From: Candidatus Saccharimonadota bacterium
Lineage (GTDB): Bacteria > Patescibacteriota > Saccharimonadia > Saccharimonadales > Saccharimonadaceae
DNA: 32,000 nt
Assembly: GCA_002421785.1 (NCBI GenBank)
Contig: DIRZ01000003.1
Location: 250,700-282,699 of the forward strand
Direction of reading: 5' to 3'
The notes beneath the pieces were generated by a model, which was given only the letters and a program-made list of their open reading frames with translations, was not told the DNA's origin and did not search any database. Shown one piece after another: positions 22,341-32,000 of this stretch (the first letter of the stretch is position 1; every line of letters starts with the position of its first letter). The translations under genes and the position numbers were made by a program.

Positions 22341-23531
22341 CTAAAGGCTTGTCGATAAAGCAGCCGTCAGGTTCAGGTGCCCCGTTTCGGTTACCAGAAT
22401 ATCATCTTCGATGCGCACACCGATTCCCTCTTCAGCAATATAAATTCCCGGCTCAACAGTTAGTACCATACCGGGCTGTAAGTACCGAGGTCTGCCCAGG
22501 CTATCGTGTACGTCCACTCCGAGCCCGTGACTTACCGAATGTGGAAAATACCGCCGGTACGTTGTCTCGTCTGATCGCGCTTCGAGTAACCCCAGCTCAC
22601 ACAATGCGTCCTTCATTATCTCATCCACCGCATGCATGTATTCGGCAACAGTGAGATTGGGCTGTATCAGTTCAATAATTCGATGGTGCGCGGCCTCAAC
22701 TGCGCCGTGGACTGCCCGCTGTCGCTTGGTGGGGTTAATGCAATAGGTGCGCGTAATGTCCGCACAGTAGCCATTAACACGTGCACCGATATCAATAAGG
22801 ACCAATTTGTTCTTGGATAGTCTGTCGTTATTTTCTATGTAATGTAGTGTTACTGCATTTGCCCCCGAAGCAACAATGGGTTCGTAAGCATGTGTAGCGT
22901 TATGCCTGCGAAAATACTGCGTAAAATCAGCTTCAATCTCGTACTCGTGGGCATACTGCGATAGTCTATCGCGTACGTCAGCGAACGCAGCGCATGTCAG
23001 TTTTGCCGCCTGTTTCATCACGGCAATCTCGTTAGCGTCTTTAAGTGCTCTCAGACTCGCAAGTTGCACTCCGCAGTCCTGAACTGAAGTAAATATCCGC
23101 GACAATACCGCGTAGAGTTCCCGCTGCGCAGGGTTGTGTGCAAATCCGTAGTCAGTTTTATCGACATACGTGCGGACCACACTATGTACGTTACTTAGTC
23201 TCGCCAAATATTTCTCAAAATCTTTGTGTAAGATTATTTCGTGTGCACCGCTTTGCGCAAGCAAGCGTTCGTCGCTGGCTTCTCCATCAAAAATCCGATG
23301 TATCTCATCAATTTCTGGTCGAACAAGCACCACATTGCGCCGCGCACCATCGATAATCACCTTCCATCCAGGCTGGGTAACCTGCATAAGCCACCAAAAG
23401 TTTCCTTCCTGCAAGAAGGGTGCCGCCATATCCCCAGACAGCTGTACCTGATCATAGGCAGTTAGTACAGCTAACCCGCCATCGATCGCGTCAATAAATC
23501 GCTGAGTATGCTCATTAACCATTTTCATCAT
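22341..23531 (-). CDS. M24-family Xaa-Pro aminopeptidase
   Basis: The pita-bread-fold metal ligand motifs are present: LIDIGARVNGYCADITRT, HSVSHGLGVDVHD, LTVEPGIY and RIEDDI. Confidence 0.85.
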   Translation of the reverse strand: MMKMVNEHTQRFIDAIDGGLAVLTAYDQVQLSGDMAAPFLQEGNFWWLMQVTQPGWKVIIDGARRNVVLVRPEIDEIHRIFDGEASDERLLAQSGAHEIILHKDFEKYLARLSNVHSVVRTYVDKTDYGFAHNPAQRELYAVLSRIFTSVQDCGVQLASLRALKDANEIAVMKQAAKLTCAAFADVRDRLSQYAHEYEIEADFTQYFRRHNATHAYEPIVASGANAVTLHYIENNDRLSKNKLVLIDIGARVNGYCADITRTYCINPTKRQRAVHGAVEAAHHRIIELIQPNLTVAEYMHAVDEIMKDALCELGLLEARSDETTYRRYFPHSVSHGLGVDVHDSLGRPRYLQPGMVLTVEPGIYIAEEGIGVRIEDDILVTETGHLNLTAALSTSL

Positions 23532-23547
23532 CTACCGTGATTATACA

Positions 23548-23922
23548 CTACGTACAGGCGGTAGCAGTGGGTGTTGAAATCGCCTGCGTCATGTACAGCA
23601 CTACCGATGGAACCAGAAGACTGTTGCCGCGCAAACAGTACGTCGATGCTGTTCCTGAGACATACGTAATCGTTACACCTTGCGCCGGATCATAGCTCGA
23701 TGGCATCGTCGGCGGTGATCCTGTCGGGTAGCCGTTGTTAAATATTTTATGATTTTTTAGGGCCGTCGCCGCTGAAGATAATGCATGCGTCACCTCCGTC
23801 TTTGCCGTACGTGTTCGCCATGAACCGATAGCAAAAATGGTAATGGTAGCAAGCCCAACAATAATCACGACAACCACAATAAGCTCGACGACAGTAAACC
23901 CACGAAGGCGACGTAATTTCAT
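23548..23922 (-). CDS. type IV pilin-like protein (prepilin-type N-terminal cleavage/methylation domain)
   Basis: Start moved to the ATG at 23922, since the track start is TTG. The N-terminus reads MKLRRLRGFTVVELIVVVVIIVGLATITIFAI. Confidence 0.75.
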   Translation of the reverse strand: MKLRRLRGFTVVELIVVVVIIVGLATITIFAIGSWRTRTAKTEVTHALSSAATALKNHKIFNNGYPTGSPPTMPSSYDPAQGVTITYVSGTASTYCLRGNSLLVPSVVLYMTQAISTPTATACT

Positions 23923-23949
23923 ACGTCTACTATACCACAAGCACTTTCG

Positions 23950-25425
23950 TTACCCCAGATGACTCCGAATGACCGCGGCACGCGCTTCACCGACTATTTT
24001 AGCGATTTCCCCATCCGTCGCCGAACGAATACCCCGAACGCTTCCAAACACTTTTAGTAGCTTTTTGCGTGTTACGGGACCTACCCCTGGAATATCATCA
24101 AGAAGACTTTTCGTCTGGGCGTTACGCTTCAATACAGTGTGGTAGCTCACTGCAAAACGGTGAGACTCATCACGAATCCGCTGCAATAATTTCATGATAT
24201 GAGTGTCATGCGGTAGGTTTATGAGCGTAAACGTATCACTGGTCATATAATGCCCCTGAAGCTCTGATAATTTCTGTTTGTTGAGGGTCAGGTGCGATCG
24301 TGTGTGATGGATGACAATCTGCTCTTCACGCTTGGCGAGTCCAATCATCGGAACTCGCTGTCCGCATTCATCGCGTGCGCGAGTCGCCGCGTCCAGCTGA
24401 CCTTTGCCGCCATCAATCAAGAATAGTTCAGGCAGACCCCAGCTTTTTATATTTTTGTCACTGAGCCGCCGCGTCATCGTTTCGTGCATATTGTAAAAGT
24501 CATTATTGTGCTCTTTGTGAGTTTTGAACTTTCGGTATTCCCCGCGGTCGCTTACCCCATTCGTAAATACCACCATGCTCGCTACAACATTTGTCCCACT
24601 CATATGGCTAATGTCATAACCTTCAATACGTTTGATTGGAACGGTAATACCCAGTAATTCCATTAAGTCGCTGAGCGCCTTGTCTTTACTAATATCAAGG
24701 AATTCCTTATCACCAAACATAATGCGGCGCTGCAGCTCCCGCAGGTTTGTCAGCTTGTTTCGTAACTCTGCCGCTACTTCAAACTCTTGTTCACGGGCGG
24801 CGCGCTTCATGTCTCGCTCGATTTCATTTGTGATAGTGGCTCTGCCGCCTTCGATATACTTGATTAGCTTCTTTAGCGAAGTTTTATACTCGGCGCTTGT
24901 CATGTCAGGCCGAGGGCTCAATCCCAAGTGCACATCGAGGTCGGGCCGACCCCCGGTTGGTGCCTTCGTATAGTAAGGAAAGACTTTACGTAAATACCGA
25001 AGGGCCTTTTTGACCGCGTAGCCGTTGTAAAATGGACCAATATATAACGCCTTATCGTCTGCAGGATTGCGAGTAAAACTTACGTGCGGCCACTCGCTTT
25101 TCATATCAATCCTTACAAAAGTCTGGGACTTGTCATCGCGGAGCAAAATATTGTAACGTGGCATATACCGCTTAACCATTTCACTCTCAAGGAATAACGC
25201 GTCGATTTCACTTTCAGTTTGAATCCAGTCGGTATCGTATATTTCGTTTACGAGCGAAAGAGTTTTTGCATCAAAATCCTTTTTGCTCTGAAAATATTGG
25301 CGCACGCGATTGCGCAACACCGCAGCTTTGCCAACGTACATAATCTCGCCGTCACGAGCCTTATGAAAATACACACCCGGTGAATTCGGCAGCGTTTTTA
25401 GTTTAGCCTCCAAAGCACGATTCAT
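23950..25425 (-). CDS. uvrC: excinuclease ABC subunit C (compact form)
   Basis: It has a GIY-YIG N-terminus (GVYFHKARDGEIMYVGKA...NRV), a UVR motif (EFEVAAELRNKLTNL), an RNase-H-like endonuclease region and a C-terminal HhH (IPGVGPVTRKKLL). At 491 aa it is roughly 100 aa shorter than typical UvrC. Confidence 0.9.
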   Translation of the reverse strand: MNRALEAKLKTLPNSPGVYFHKARDGEIMYVGKAAVLRNRVRQYFQSKKDFDAKTLSLVNEIYDTDWIQTESEIDALFLESEMVKRYMPRYNILLRDDKSQTFVRIDMKSEWPHVSFTRNPADDKALYIGPFYNGYAVKKALRYLRKVFPYYTKAPTGGRPDLDVHLGLSPRPDMTSAEYKTSLKKLIKYIEGGRATITNEIERDMKRAAREQEFEVAAELRNKLTNLRELQRRIMFGDKEFLDISKDKALSDLMELLGITVPIKRIEGYDISHMSGTNVVASMVVFTNGVSDRGEYRKFKTHKEHNNDFYNMHETMTRRLSDKNIKSWGLPELFLIDGGKGQLDAATRARDECGQRVPMIGLAKREEQIVIHHTRSHLTLNKQKLSELQGHYMTSDTFTLINLPHDTHIMKLLQRIRDESHRFAVSYHTVLKRNAQTKSLLDDIPGVGPVTRKKLLKVFGSVRGIRSATDGEIAKIVGEARAAVIRSHLG

Positions 25426-25467
25426 GATTCTATTATACCGCTAAAGGCTACGGTAGGATATGAGGAC

Positions 25468-25800
25468 TTATAGATGCTTTTTCAAAGCATCTTCCAGCGC
25501 AAGCTTAGGCATCGCACCGATTAAGGTGTCTACCGGTTTACCATTTTTGAACAATATCATATTTGGAATGCTGCGCACTTCATACTGGCCTGCAAGATTT
25601 GCGTTGTCAACGCCCGATTCTATGTCGACCTTCACGATATCCACCTGGCTATCCATTTCATCACCAACCTGATGCAAAATTGGAGCCATCGCTCGACATG
25701 GCGGGCACCATTCAGCCCAAAAATCAACCAGCACAAGTTTGTTGCTCTCGAGAACCTTCGATTTAAATTCCGCCGTTGTAAATGTATTGTGAACTGCCAT
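25468..25800 (-). CDS. trxA: thioredoxin
   Basis: 110 aa with the active site WAEWCPPCR. Confidence 0.9.
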   Translation of the reverse strand: MAVHNTFTTAEFKSKVLESNKLVLVDFWAEWCPPCRAMAPILHQVGDEMDSQVDIVKVDIESGVDNANLAGQYEVRSIPNMILFKNGKPVDTLIGAMPKLALEDALKKHL

Positions 25801-25820
25801 AATACCTTATTATACCCTAC

Positions 25821-26381
25821 CTAAAAAACGAGGTCGACCGGATCGGCAATCGAGAAGGCATCCGCATACACCCATTCGTATCGCTCAAGACATTGTGTCA
25901 CGATGTGGGTATATATCTCATATACATCCTCGAGCGCCGTGCCGCTCGCAACTTCACATTGCAATTCAGGAAGCGTCAGCCAACGAATGTCGTCCGCCTC
26001 GCCCTCTGCCTGAGCCCGGGCTGGAATCGCTCGCGCAATAAATGCATAGCATAAATCTGAATGGTAATGCTCAGCATTCACTCGGTGCGTATTTACAAGT
26101 AGGGGCACCGGGTGTATGACAGCATGCTCAAGAGTCGGCAACTGCTTCGTCGGCTGCAGCACGCTCAACTCATTCAGTTGATACCCTGTTTCCTCTGCCA
26201 ACTCATGTGCCAAGGCTGCCCAAGGTGTTTCGGCGAGCTCAATGTGACCTCCAGCCTGCATGAGCTTTCCAAGTTTGCGATGCATGTGCACTAGAACGAG
26301 CGGCTCATCATCCTGCATACGCACAATGTACGCGCTTACAGTAATGTCATGTTGGCCATCGAGTGTGTGGATATGCGGCAT
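25821..26381 (-). CDS. Nudix hydrolase (stand-alone)
   Basis: Nudix box GGHIELAETPWAALAHELAEETGY. Substrate unknown. Confidence 0.75.
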   Translation of the reverse strand: MPHIHTLDGQHDITVSAYIVRMQDDEPLVLVHMHRKLGKLMQAGGHIELAETPWAALAHELAEETGYQLNELSVLQPTKQLPTLEHAVIHPVPLLVNTHRVNAEHYHSDLCYAFIARAIPARAQAEGEADDIRWLTLPELQCEVASGTALEDVYEIYTHIVTQCLERYEWVYADAFSIADPVDLVF

Positions 26382-26384
26382 TGA

Positions 26385-27305
26385 TTATTCCTTCAGTTTA
26401 CCCTGCTGAGCGACTACCGTCGACTTTGGCCGGCACGCAGGTGAGTGATATAACAGTGCCGGCGTTTTCTTGCATGTGTCACATATGAGCACCAGCTCAT
26501 TACAGCTCGGGTCGGCGCAGTTTTCAAAATTACTCGTACTTGCGCCACAGTGGACACAGGATCCGATAACCGCGGTGTGGTCGCTAAAATTGACAGTCAT
26601 ACGCTTGTCAAACACCCTGAGGCTTCCTTCCCACAGGCCATCATCTCCGTATGCTTCGCCGTACTTCACAATACCGCCGTCGATTTGATAAATATCTTTG
26701 AAGCCACGCTTCTTCATCATACTGCTAATTACTTCGCAGCGGATTCCGCCCGTGCAATACGTAATGACTTTTTTATTTTTAATGTCGTCATACTTATCGC
26801 TTTCAAGCTCGGCAATAAAATCCCGGCTGGTCGTGGTATTTGGGACGACTGCATTTTTAAACTTACCAATTTTTGCCTCGTGCGCATTTCTTCCATCAAA
26901 AAACACGACATCATCGCCATATTTTTCAATAAGCTCATGCACCTGTGCTGGTTTAAGATGCGTGCCCCCACCAACAACGCCGTTTTCATCTACTTCAAAC
27001 TCATCATCGCTATTTTTAAAACCGACCAATTCCCGCCGAGCGCGCACGCTAAGCCGTGGGAAGTCGTCACGACTACCCTCGCTCCATTTCCACACGATAT
27101 CCCGAAAGCCCGCATACTGCTTGGTCGCTTTAACATACGCCTTAAGGTCTTCTATATCACCACCCACCGTACCATTCAAGCCATGCCGGCTCACGAGAAT
27201 CCTACCTCGCAAGTTCAGGCCTTCACATAACGATTTTTGCCACAACTTTACCGCCTCCGGGTCGGGAATCGGGGTAAATTTGTAGTACAGAAGAATCTTT
27301 TGCAT
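26385..27305 (-). CDS. trhO: rhodanese-domain protein TrhO/YceA (tRNA U34 hydroxylase family, UPF0176)
   Basis: Start at the ATG at 27305 ([10 protein letters not shown]...). It has the rhodanese active-site loop YCTGGIRCE and a C-terminal Cys cluster CVHCG...C..PSC.....CDTC. Confidence 0.8.
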   Translation of the reverse strand: MQKILLYYKFTPIPDPEAVKLWQKSLCEGLNLRGRILVSRHGLNGTVGGDIEDLKAYVKATKQYAGFRDIVWKWSEGSRDDFPRLSVRARRELVGFKNSDDEFEVDENGVVGGGTHLKPAQVHELIEKYGDDVVFFDGRNAHEAKIGKFKNAVVPNTTTSRDFIAELESDKYDDIKNKKVITYCTGGIRCEVISSMMKKRGFKDIYQIDGGIVKYGEAYGDDGLWEGSLRVFDKRMTVNFSDHTAVIGSCVHCGASTSNFENCADPSCNELVLICDTCKKTPALLYHSPACRPKSTVVAQQGKLKE

Positions 27306-27487
27306 ATATCCATTGTACCGCAATACTACCCCTGTTGTAAACGCAAGTGCTCATACACGTTGCATCATCTTGGTGTATTTAGTATACTTATAACACTATG
27401 AACTTGCGCTAGTTCCTCTACTCGTGAATGTTGGGACGGCCTAACCACTTGCGATACAAACAACTAAGAGAAAGGTTTTATTAACAC

Positions 27488-29263
27488 ATGTCCGCAGACC
27501 AACGCGATACCGACCCTAAAGCAATTAGACAAACACTACGCGTATATTTATCGCTCATGCTACAACATTGGCGCTATACGCTCGTAATCGTTATTACCGT
27601 AGCATTTGGTAGTACGCTCGTTTTCTACATTCCACCGCTTATCATTGCGGAACTAATCCGAATGCCAGCAGGGACACCCATGGCGTCCCTCTGGCCATAC
27701 GTCGCATGGTTTGGCGTGGCGTGGTTTGGCGGTGAAATGCTCTGGCGCCTCGCCCTGCACCTGATGATTCGGTTCGAGATTAATGTCATCCAAAAACTCT
27801 ACCGTGATGCGCTCACTGCCCTACTTCATAAAGATTTGCTATTCTTCCATAGTCGCTTCGCGGGCACCATCACAAAGAATACGCTCGCCTACGCCCGACG
27901 CTTCGAAGGATTCTTCGACACAATTATTTTTGAAGTTGTGTCTCAGCTTATCCCGGCTGTCTTTGCCGCCGTCATTCTGTGGTCAATCAGCCCGTGGCTC
28001 TCAATCACACTATTCATACTCCTTGGCCTGGGGCTCGCGATTATCGTTCCGCTAGTAAAACGCCGCATCAAACTCGTTAGACGCCGCGAAGCTGCGCACG
28101 CCATGATGTCTGGGCACATTTCTGACGTCATCTCCAACGTTGCAGCCGTCAAAGCGTATGGCGCCGAAGACGCAGAAGAAAAGACAAATCGCAAACACGT
28201 CGATACCTTCATCGCCCATGCCGCAAAGAGCTGGCACTACCAAAACAACCGTATCGACATGGCTATTTCGCCGCTCTACGTTGCCACCAACGTCATCGGG
28301 CTAATCATCGTGCTGAGTCTTGGCGTCGATAGCAGCACGAAAGCCAGTTTATTTATCGGTTTCACATATTTTGCCAATGTGACACGGTTTTTATGGTCGT
28401 TTAATAGCGTGTATCGTCGCCTTGAAGAGGCTATCACCGAAGCATCACTCTTTATTGCCTACACTATGGAGCCGACGCGCATACGTGACGCGGTAAACGC
28501 CAGCAAACTCCAGGTCACCGCAGGCGGCATCACGTTCGACAATGTTACTTTTACTCACACCGACAACGCCGAAGCGCTATTTAATAATTTCCAGCTTACC
28601 ATCAAGCCAGGTGAAAAAATTGGTCTTGTTGGTCAGTCAGGCGCGGGTAAGTCGACCGTGGTCAATCTGCTTCTCCGGTTCATGGACATTGATAGCGGCT
28701 CGATAATGATTGATGGGCAACGCATTGCAGAGGTCACCCAGAAGAGTCTCCACACATCCATCGCTTACGTTCCGCAGGAGCCAGCGCTCTTCCATCGCAC
28801 TCTGCGCGAAAACATCGCTTATGGCAATCCATCAGCGACCGAAGAAGCGATTATTGAAGCAACCCGTAAGGCAAACGCCTGGGACTTCATACGCGACCTC
28901 CCGCATGGTCTTGACACACTCGTGGGTGAGCGCGGCGTAAAGCTAAGTGGTGGCCAACGGCAGCGCATTGCGATTGCCCGCGCGATACTGAAAGATTCCC
29001 CTATCCTGGTACTTGATGAAGCGACAAGTGCGCTTGATAGCGAGAGCGAGAAACTTATCCAGGACGCACTCGACGATTTGATGCAAAACCGCACGAGCGT
29101 CGTCATCGCTCACCGTCTGAGCACCATCGCAAAGCTTGATCGTATCATTGTCATCGATCACGGAACAATCATCGAAGATGGTTCTCATGATGAGCTACTG
29201 CGGAAGAATGGGGTATACAGCAAACTCTGGAAGCGACAAAGCGGCGGCTTCATAGAGGAATAA
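27488..29263 (+). CDS. ABC transporter, fused permease/ATP-binding protein (exporter half-transporter)
   Basis: 591 aa. The TM domain is followed by an NBD with Walker A GQSGAGKST, signature LSGGQRQR and Walker B ILVLDEATSALD. Confidence 0.9.
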   Translation: MSADQRDTDPKAIRQTLRVYLSLMLQHWRYTLVIVITVAFGSTLVFYIPPLIIAELIRMPAGTPMASLWPYVAWFGVAWFGGEMLWRLALHLMIRFEINVIQKLYRDALTALLHKDLLFFHSRFAGTITKNTLAYARRFEGFFDTIIFEVVSQLIPAVFAAVILWSISPWLSITLFILLGLGLAIIVPLVKRRIKLVRRREAAHAMMSGHISDVISNVAAVKAYGAEDAEEKTNRKHVDTFIAHAAKSWHYQNNRIDMAISPLYVATNVIGLIIVLSLGVDSSTKASLFIGFTYFANVTRFLWSFNSVYRRLEEAITEASLFIAYTMEPTRIRDAVNASKLQVTAGGITFDNVTFTHTDNAEALFNNFQLTIKPGEKIGLVGQSGAGKSTVVNLLLRFMDIDSGSIMIDGQRIAEVTQKSLHTSIAYVPQEPALFHRTLRENIAYGNPSATEEAIIEATRKANAWDFIRDLPHGLDTLVGERGVKLSGGQRQRIAIARAILKDSPILVLDEATSALDSESEKLIQDALDDLMQNRTSVVIAHRLSTIAKLDRIIVIDHGTIIEDGSHDELLRKNGVYSKLWKRQSGGFIEE

Positions 29264-29337
29264 CTAAAGTTGACTTTACTAGATACATACCGTTCGCGTC
29301 TGATATCGTTTGAGTAATACATTCAACAAGGAGAATT

Positions 29338-30045
29338 ATGAGTTACGAACCAGACGTTCACAGCGCACAAATAGCGATTTTACGGCACCTTTTATTTGTG
29401 CCAACCGCCGGCTTTGCCGAATTACAAAAATCAACCGACCTTACAAGTGACCACTTCAATTTTCATATTCGTAAGTTAGTCGATTCGGACATGATCAAGA
29501 AAACGGATGACCGGTACGAACTGACACCACGCGGCAAAGAATATGCGAACCGTATGGATACCGATGAAAACGAAATTGAAAAACAGCCTAAGGTTTCAGT
29601 GGCATTGATTGTCGAAAGACAAAATGGTGATCGTCGCGAGTTCATCGTACAAAAGCGACTGAAGCAACCCTATTACGGGTTCTACGGACGCCTCGGGGGC
29701 AAAGTGCGCTGGGGCGAATCATTTGAGCAAGCAGCAGCAAGGGAGCTCCAGGAAGAAACGGGCCTTAACGGCTCCTTTACGTTCAGCCACATCTTTCATA
29801 AAAAAGATTACCGTAAGTCTGATGGCAAATTACTCGAAGACAAACTATTCCTCGTGATGTATTGCAACGACGCAAGGGGCGAGATGCTTTCCGTGTTTGA
29901 AGGTGGCGAAAACCACTGGATGACACAGGAGGAGCTCGTCTTGCAAGATAAAGTATTCGAAAGCGCACGCGATTTTGTGACCTATCACGACCAAGGCATA
30001 CCGTATCACGCTCAAGACTATACATACGACGATAGTGAATACTAA
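29338..30045 (+). CDS. winged-helix (ArsR/MarR-like) DNA-binding domain fused to a Nudix hydrolase domain
   Basis: An AAGGAG RBS precedes the start. The N-terminal ~70 aa (AQIAILRHLLFVPTAGFAELQKSTDLTSDHFNFHIRKLVDSDMIKK...YELTPRG) looks like a wHTH. The C-terminal domain has the Nudix box GGKVRWGESFEQAAARELQEETGL. Confidence 0.7.
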   Translation: MSYEPDVHSAQIAILRHLLFVPTAGFAELQKSTDLTSDHFNFHIRKLVDSDMIKKTDDRYELTPRGKEYANRMDTDENEIEKQPKVSVALIVERQNGDRREFIVQKRLKQPYYGFYGRLGGKVRWGESFEQAAARELQEETGLNGSFTFSHIFHKKDYRKSDGKLLEDKLFLVMYCNDARGEMLSVFEGGENHWMTQEELVLQDKVFESARDFVTYHDQGIPYHAQDYTYDDSEY

Positions 30046-30073
30046 AAAATGGCTCCCGACAGGGAGCCATTTT
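30046..30073. terminator. bidirectional intrinsic terminator between convergent genes
   Basis: AAAATGGCTCCC-GACA-GGGAGCCATTTT forms a perfect 12-bp stem with A/T runs on both sides. It lies between the wHTH-Nudix gene (+) and rplY (-). Confidence 0.75.
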
Positions 30074-30089
30074 ATGAAAGAGCTATTAC

Positions 30090-30818
30090 CTACTCTGCTT
30101 TTTCCGTATCTTCGCCAACTGGTGCTTCCTCGGCGCCGTTCTCGGCCTCTACAGCACTCTCGTCCGTAGCATCACCCGCCGCCGCTTCGTTAGCCGCCTG
30201 CAACGCTCCCGGCTCATAGACGTTGGCGACAACAAGATCTGTCACCGATGGACGTTCTTCGCCCTCTTCTATATCTTCTTCGCTGCGACCATCATGATGC
30301 TCAACGAATTCGACACCCTTTTCAAGCACAGCATCTGCAAGTGTTACGCGGTCACCAACTTCAGTGAGCCCCACAATCGAGATTTCGATTGCTTCAGGCA
30401 AGTCCATTGGGAGTGCCTTAACCTGTACTTTATCGAGTGCCTGCAAGACAATCAGCCCGGCTTTTTCAGCAGCTGATTCGCCCTCACCAACCAAGTGAAT
30501 CGGCACCTCGGCAACTACTGGCTCGTTTGCCTTTACGGCGTGAAATGAGATGTGGCGAATATAACCGTGACGTATTGGGTCATAGTCAACGTCCTTGATC
30601 ATGGCGATGCGCTTTTTCGCACCAGTCAGCATCACGGGCGTGTGCTTGCCTGCAGCGGCAACAACCTTGCGCACTTCGCCTGAATCAGCCTGAACGGGTG
30701 TTGCATCGACACCCTGGCCATACACAACGCCTGGCGTTAGGCCCTGTGCGCGGAGTGACGCGACTTTCTTTCCCTGCACCTCTCGCGCATCAATTCTCAG
30801 TGTAATCTTATCTCCCAT
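30090..30818 (-). CDS. rplY: 50S ribosomal protein L25 / general stress protein Ctc (long form with acidic tail)
   Basis: The N-terminus LRIDAREVQGKKVASLRAQGLTPGVVYG is typical of L25/Ctc. The C-terminus is acidic and Ala/Glu-rich. A GGAG RBS is present. Confidence 0.85.
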   Translation of the reverse strand: MGDKITLRIDAREVQGKKVASLRAQGLTPGVVYGQGVDATPVQADSGEVRKVVAAAGKHTPVMLTGAKKRIAMIKDVDYDPIRHGYIRHISFHAVKANEPVVAEVPIHLVGEGESAAEKAGLIVLQALDKVQVKALPMDLPEAIEISIVGLTEVGDRVTLADAVLEKGVEFVEHHDGRSEEDIEEGEERPSVTDLVVANVYEPGALQAANEAAAGDATDESAVEAENGAEEAPVGEDTEKAE

Positions 30819-30931
30819 CTCTCTTCTCCTCTCTAGAGAATACCTTTACGGAGGTATATATACAATTAGTACTAATACTATCTTAACACTTTGTCGCGTT
30901 CAATGCCACTCATGCTACAATATAGTGAGTT

Positions 30932-31603
30932 ATGAAATCACCCAAAAACGCACCAGACTTTAATGAATTCGAACAGACAAAGCCCGACTTCCTGTTGCTC
31001 GAATGGCTTGCAGCTCCAAGAAGATGGATGAGGCGAGCTTATTATTGGGTTGTCGGCTGGGCCGAAAAGCCTCAGGCCGAAAAAGCACTCGCAGGCCTCA
31101 GTTTTGCTGAAAGCTCTTTTTTTCCTATTCCACCCGACCCGCTACTCATTGCTATTGTCACAGCTCGCCCTAAGCAATGGCTGCGCTTTGCAACTATCAC
31201 GACAGTCGCCTCGGTCTTGGGGGGTATGCTCGGTTACATCATTGGCGCAGCAGCGATAAATGCCGTCATGCCAATTATCGTACAGGTTGGCTATGAAGAT
31301 GCTTACAAGTCCGCTGTCGAATGGTTCGCAAACTACGGCGCACTTGCCGTCATCGTTGCTGGATTCACCCCTATTCCCTACAAGATTTTTACCATTGCTG
31401 GCGGCGCAGCCGGTATGTCCATACCCTTGTTTCTTCTCGGTTCACTCATCGGGCGTGGTGGTAGGTTTTTCCTTGTGGCGTTCCTGATGCAGCACTTCGG
31501 CAGAAGGTATAAAGATAAAATTGAAAAATATATTGACGTGCTAGGGATTGCGTTCGTCCTTCTCCTCGTACTCGGCTTTGTTGTTATCAAATACGCGCTA
31601 TAG
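30932..31603 (+). CDS. YqaA/DedA-related (SNARE-associated domain) membrane protein
   Basis: The motif [17 protein letters not shown] and 4-5 TM helices match the YqaA subfamily, recalled from memory. Confidence 0.7.
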   Translation: MKSPKNAPDFNEFEQTKPDFLLLEWLAAPRRWMRRAYYWVVGWAEKPQAEKALAGLSFAESSFFPIPPDPLLIAIVTARPKQWLRFATITTVASVLGGMLGYIIGAAAINAVMPIIVQVGYEDAYKSAVEWFANYGALAVIVAGFTPIPYKIFTIAGGAAGMSIPLFLLGSLIGRGGRFFLVAFLMQHFGRRYKDKIEKYIDVLGIAFVLLLVLGFVVIKYAL

Positions 31604-32000
31604 GGACCCGAGTAATACCTTAAGATATGCTCCTGTGTAGCTTGTTTCTACTTTGGCGACTTGTTCAGGAGTTCCAGTGGCAACAATCTGTCCGCCACCT
31701 TGTCCACCCTCAGGGCCTAGATCTATCAAGTGGTCCGCGCACTTGATCACCTCGAGGTTGTGCTCAATGATAATCATGGTATTTCCACCTTCAACGAGTT
31801 TTTGCAGAATTTCAAGTAACTTCTTAACATCAGCGGTGTGGAGTCCGGTCGTTGGCTCATCAAGAATGTACAATGTCTTGCCTGTGCTCCGACGGCTTAG
31901 TTCACTTGCGAGCTTGATACGTTGCGCCTCACCACCACTAAACGTGGTCGCAGGCTGACCCAGCGTAATATAACCAAGGCCAACATCATTAAGAGTGTCC
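31598..32000 (-). CDS. uvrA: excinuclease ABC subunit A, C-terminal fragment (gene continues beyond the window)
   Basis: I translated the frame by hand up to the window edge: ...[54 protein letters not shown]...[24 protein letters not shown]. This is the second UvrA ABC signature, Walker B and H-loop. The track M at 31873 is an internal TTG (Leu). Confidence 0.9.
   Translation of the reverse strand, partial: DTLNDVGLGYITLGQPATTFSGGEAQRIKLASELSRRSTGKTLYILDEPTTGLHTADVKKLLEILQKLVEGGNTMIIIEHNLEVIKCADHLIDLGPEGGQGGGQIVATGTPEQVAKVETSYTGAYLKVLLGSL

Noticed and set aside
26550-27285. Two long plus-strand ORFs (226 aa and 195 aa)
   Set aside because: Both are antisense shadow ORFs of trhO, whose rhodanese loop and Cys cluster identify the true frame.
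29265-29285. Possible seventh NrtR box upstream of the wHTH-Nudix gene (CTAAAGT-TGACTTT-ACTAGAT)
   Set aside because: It shares the GT-TGACTTT-AC core with pncA box 1, but the outer arms are not palindromic and do not match TTAGT/ACTAA. An 11-mer match is not significant in 32 kb.
1-32000. Search for CRISPR arrays, transposases, integrases, rRNA, toxin-antitoxin pairs and known defence-system signatures
   Set aside because: I saw no spaced direct-repeat array, no DDE, tyrosine or serine recombinase motifs, and no recognisable defence effector domains (TIR, SIR2, nuclease-ATPase pairs). The NAD-related genes fit salvage and regulation better than an NADase-based defence system.

Overview
Compact, almost fully coding bacterial window. 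I call 34 CDS, 4 CCA-encoding tRNAs, several intrinsic terminators and sigma70-like promoters. I saw no CRISPR array, transposase, integrase or rRNA. Three solitary type IV pilin-like genes, an RRM RNA-binding protein, streamlined repair genes and many 4-nt and roughly 40-nt gene overlaps suggest a small-genome Patescibacteria/Saccharibacteria-like organism; this is inference only. The main feature is an ~11-kb block (about 4.3-15.3 kb) in which every gene concerns NAD or ADP-ribose. In order: nadE and nrtR; a minus-strand operon of histidine phosphatase, ADP-ribosylglycohydrolase and a NadM-like/SAM-methyltransferase fusion; pnuC, a stand-alone RNK-like ATPase and nadR-type NMNAT/RNK; then pncA, pncB and a NUDT9-like Nudix fused to an APH-fold kinase. 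NAD-dependent ligA follows directly. Promoter regions in this block carry a recurring 21-bp palindrome, TTAGTGT-N7-ACACTAA, which has the GT-N7-AC core known for NrtR operators. I read this as an NrtR regulon. The canonical salvage genes are ordinary. The ADP-ribose-handling genes and the two unusual fusions are the best candidate for an undescribed NAD-recycling module. Secondary observations are a tRNA-Leu 3'-end relic and a terminator-bounded non-coding unit in a tRNA/pilin cluster, a second Nudix-linked putative regulator (wHTH-Nudix), and several unexplained palindromes. All functional calls rest on motifs read by eye from the supplied translations. No database search was possible.
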